Assembly: GCA_051531975.1 (NCBI GenBank)
Contig: JAOPTT010000010.1
Location: forward strand, 96,001 to 160,000
Direction: 5' to 3'
DNA from: Spirochaetaceae bacterium
GTDB lineage: Bacteria > Spirochaetota > Spirochaetia > DSM-2461
DNA length: 64,000 nucleotides
Shown: positions 61,154-64,000 of the stretch, piece by piece
How positions within the stretch are numbered: the stretch's first letter is position 1
Layout: each line of letters starts with the position of its first letter
Notes under the pieces: model-generated
The model's input: only the letters and a program-made list of their open reading frames with translations
What the model was told of the DNA's origin: nothing
The model's database searches: none
Translations under genes and position numbers: made by a program

Positions 61154-62233
61154 ATGAAAATTATCCAGACCATTTTTATAATAGGTTTAACTTTTACAAT
61201 AGTATCCTGTAATAAAAGTGATTATTCCCATTATATAGACAGTAATAATCCCAATAAAGCTGAGTTAGAAAACTTATTTCCACTATTGGAAACCTTTACC
61301 GATTATTCAGAAAATAGATTTACTGTTATGAGTGAAATAATAACAAAAATGTTAATTCAAGAGTCCCCTGGTAAACTTAATTTGCTAATTACAAGCTATG
61401 TATATGATAATCCAGATGATAAATATAACTCATATTATCTATTAAACCTTGCATCTTATTACCTTAAAAACAGTCAAAATGATTTTGCTATCCCATATCT
61501 ACATAGAGTAATAATGGACTATTATGATCTAACTATTCGAGGTGACTCTACACATTTTAAAGCTCTCGAAATTTTAGTTAAGATCTCAGATGATTCTACA
61601 AGAAAGGTCTTTTATTATAAAAAACTCATAAGAGATCACAAAGAAAGAATAGAAAAGAGGGACATATACCCAGGTGGTATAGGTGAGATATATTATTATC
61701 TAGCAGAAACTTTAGAACAAAATGAGAGATGGGAAGAATCTATTGAAGCATATGAAGGTTATCTAGAGAGTCCTGATACAGTCATTCCAAGTAACCCTGA
61801 AGCGAGACTGGATACCGTAAAAAAAGTTGGGTTTTTTAAGTCTGATAAAAAATGGGTAGAGAAAGAGTTAGAGACATTAGTTAGCCGTGTAAAATACGCA
61901 CTTTCTACAAGAAACTCTATAATGTTAGATAAATATAGAGCATTTGATTTTTTTATTATTAACTGGAACTCTAATTATTCAAGTTTAGAAAGTAAAGAGC
62001 ACCTTGAATCATATGTTTTAACAAATATGAAAATATCACCAGCACGAAATTTAGATGCAATGTCAAACGAGAGCGAAGCATTTCTATCTGTTAGTGGTAA
62101 CCCATGGAGTAATTCTATATGGTATGTATATCCAACATGGTATTTTTATTTTAAGAAGGTGGACTTTCCACAAGATCCTGAAATTCATGGAGGTTGGGAA
62201 TGGGCCGGAATATTCCTTGGAGAAAAGCTTTAA
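61154..62233 (+). CDS. TPR-containing lipoprotein
   Basis: Lipobox IVSC, TPR-like YYYLAETLE...AYEGYL and C-terminal GGWEWAGIFLGE. Confidence 0.7.
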   Translation: MKIIQTIFIIGLTFTIVSCNKSDYSHYIDSNNPNKAELENLFPLLETFTDYSENRFTVMSEIITKMLIQESPGKLNLLITSYVYDNPDDKYNSYYLLNLASYYLKNSQNDFAIPYLHRVIMDYYDLTIRGDSTHFKALEILVKISDDSTRKVFYYKKLIRDHKERIEKRDIYPGGIGEIYYYLAETLEQNERWEESIEAYEGYLESPDTVIPSNPEARLDTVKKVGFFKSDKKWVEKELETLVSRVKYALSTRNSIMLDKYRAFDFFIINWNSNYSSLESKEHLESYVLTNMKISPARNLDAMSNESEAFLSVSGNPWSNSIWYVYPTWYFYFKKVDFPQDPEIHGGWEWAGIFLGEKL

Positions 62234-63489
62234 TTATTAGCTTATCTCTTTTATCTTTTAATATTCATTCAGAACCAATTTTAGGGAAGATACATCAGAA
62301 ATTCTTAAAAAACGAAAGTAACTACCCTACTTCAACATATAAAACTCAAAATATTTACAAACAGTTAAAAATTTATAATTTTAATATAGATATCCCAAGG
62401 GTTATTAAACAATATGAAAAAAACAGCCCTAAAATTTGGGAAAAATATCTGAATATAACCTATAACAGATTTTTACCATATCGTGATTATATAATAAAAG
62501 AAGCTGAAAAACAAAATATACCCTACGAATTGATCTATCTGCCAATAATTGAATCTGGAGCATCGTCAATGGCTACAAGTAGACGGGGGGCAACAGGGCT
62601 TTGGCAGTTTATGGCAAATAGTAGTGGTGCTTATAACATGAAAACAACTGATTGGTTAGACGAAAGAAGAGATTTTACAAAGTCTACAATTGGGGCTTTA
62701 TCAAAGTTGAAATATAATTATAAAGTAACTGGTGATTGGTTATTGGCTCTTGCGGCATATAATTGTGGTCTAAGTAGAGTAAAAAAAGTCGTTAAAAAAA
62801 CTGGTATATCAGATTTCTGGGAGTTAGCAGAAAAAAATCTACTACCCAGGGAGACTATCAATTATATTCCTAAATTTCTATTAATAAGTTCTCTATTACA
62901 AGAAAAAAATAGATTTAATATCCCAATTAATTGGGAGCAAAAGAGTTGGTCAGAAGTAGATTTATCAAGGGCTGTTGATATTCGACTTTTAGCTAACAAA
63001 GCTGATATTCCTTTTAAAATACTAAAAGAAGCAAATAGCGAGTTGATATATAATGTTACACCACCAATAAATACAAACTATAAACTGAAAGTTCCATCAG
63101 AATATACCGATAAGATATTAGGTGCTCTACAAAGCCAAGAGAAACTAATGGAATTTTATAGATATAAAGTTAAATCTGGAGATACATTATCAGAAATAGG
63201 ATATCATTATGGTATTTCTACTCGAAACTTAATTAGTTATAATCCTGGTGTATCTGCAAGAAATTTAAGAATTGGAAAAACTATAATTATTCCTGCAATA
63301 AAAGAAGTAGAGCCTATGGAGAAATATAAAAGTAAAGGCCCTTTTAAAAATGATTACATAGTTAAAGATGGTGATACATTATGGGGAATTTCTTTAATGT
63401 TTGATACAACAGTAGAGGAGATCGCAATAAACAGCGGTTTTGGTATTAATAGTTATATAAAAGAAGGCATGAGTCTAAAGGTTCCATAA
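62200..63489 (+). CDS. mltD: Lytic transglycosylase with LysM domains (MltD-like)
   Basis: LPIIES, ATGLWQFM, LALAAYNCG, ETINYIPK and two LysM repeats (YKVKSGDTLS, YIVKDGDTLW). Confidence 0.9.
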   Translation: MGRNIPWRKALIISLSLLSFNIHSEPILGKIHQKFLKNESNYPTSTYKTQNIYKQLKIYNFNIDIPRVIKQYEKNSPKIWEKYLNITYNRFLPYRDYIIKEAEKQNIPYELIYLPIIESGASSMATSRRGATGLWQFMANSSGAYNMKTTDWLDERRDFTKSTIGALSKLKYNYKVTGDWLLALAAYNCGLSRVKKVVKKTGISDFWELAEKNLLPRETINYIPKFLLISSLLQEKNRFNIPINWEQKSWSEVDLSRAVDIRLLANKADIPFKILKEANSELIYNVTPPINTNYKLKVPSEYTDKILGALQSQEKLMEFYRYKVKSGDTLSEIGYHYGISTRNLISYNPGVSARNLRIGKTIIIPAIKEVEPMEKYKSKGPFKNDYIVKDGDTLWGISLMFDTTVEEIAINSGFGINSYIKEGMSLKVP

Positions 63490-64000
63490 ATGAATATAAA
63501 ACTTTCTATTATTTTATTATTTTTAAATTTCATAGCTTTTGCATCGGAAGATCCAAATGCTGCTATATGGAATAAAACAATTAATTGGGAAAAAAACAGA
63601 ATAGACATTCACATAAAAACTCCATTAAAAAACAGTGAATCAACATTGGCTTATAAAAGACTTAAAGCAGAAAACTGGATTAATGATAATCTTACAGATA
63701 TATTTTTTAAAAACATATTAGATATACAGATCAATTCATTGGACACCGTTTCTGAAATAATAAATAAAAAACCTGAAATATATTTTAAACTAGATAACCT
63801 TGGAGAAAGTATAGAATCAAAAACTAATGTTTTATCTACTAATCTTGAATATTTGGATTCAGTATATTCTTTTTCTATTTATCCAGATTTTGTAAATGTA
63901 TTTTATACTAACTCTAACCATAATAAAGTTCCAAAAAAACTTGACCATTTAGATTATGGAGATTTTTCAGGATTAATTATATATGTTCCAGAGGGTATCC
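63490..64000 (+). CDS. Exported hypothetical protein (3'-truncated; absent from the ORF track)
   Basis: ATG directly after the mltD stop. Open frame MNIKLSIILLFLNFIAFASED... runs to the window end. Confidence 0.7.
   Translation, partial: MNIKLSIILLFLNFIAFASEDPNAAIWNKTINWEKNRIDIHIKTPLKNSESTLAYKRLKAENWINDNLTDIFFKNILDIQINSLDTVSEIINKKPEIYFKLDNLGESIESKTNVLSTNLEYLDSVYSFSIYPDFVNVFYTNSNHNKVPKKLDHLDYGDFSGLIIYVPEGI

Overview
Strongly AT-rich bacterial chromosomal window, probably from a free-living spirochaete. This is inferred from the V/A-type ATPase operon with Usp and PTS-IIA genes, the TPR lipoprotein-MltD block and the aroD-aroE fusion. The first ~16 kb is an accessory signalling and biosynthesis island. 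It holds two PP2C/kinase/STAS partner-switching modules (slr1658/slr1659-like, and SiaABCD-like with a diguanylate cyclase) and a Gly-rich RTX-like lipoprotein. It also holds a putative RiPP cluster: two paralogous 68-aa Nif11-like precursors ending KIG[F/L]YY, two cytoplasmic papain-like peptidases, a radical SAM enzyme, a B12-type CX7CX2C RiPP radical SAM enzyme, a methyltransferase, an FGE-fold lipoprotein and an MFS transporter. One precursor gene sits directly upstream of, and is probably co-transcribed with, the 7TM sensor phosphatase (siaA-like) and siaC. This suggests a modified-peptide signal wired to c-di-GMP and is the top candidate for an undescribed system. The rest holds a V/A-ATPase operon, redox/MFS/GGDEF-EAL genes, an MCP, a TetR-controlled aminotransferase-aldolase-kinase operon, a metal-homeostasis/TCS operon, XPB helicase plus partner, aroDE, dprA, icd and mltD. 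No rRNA, tRNA, CRISPR array or transposase was recognised. All family assignments come from motif recognition by eye, without database searches.
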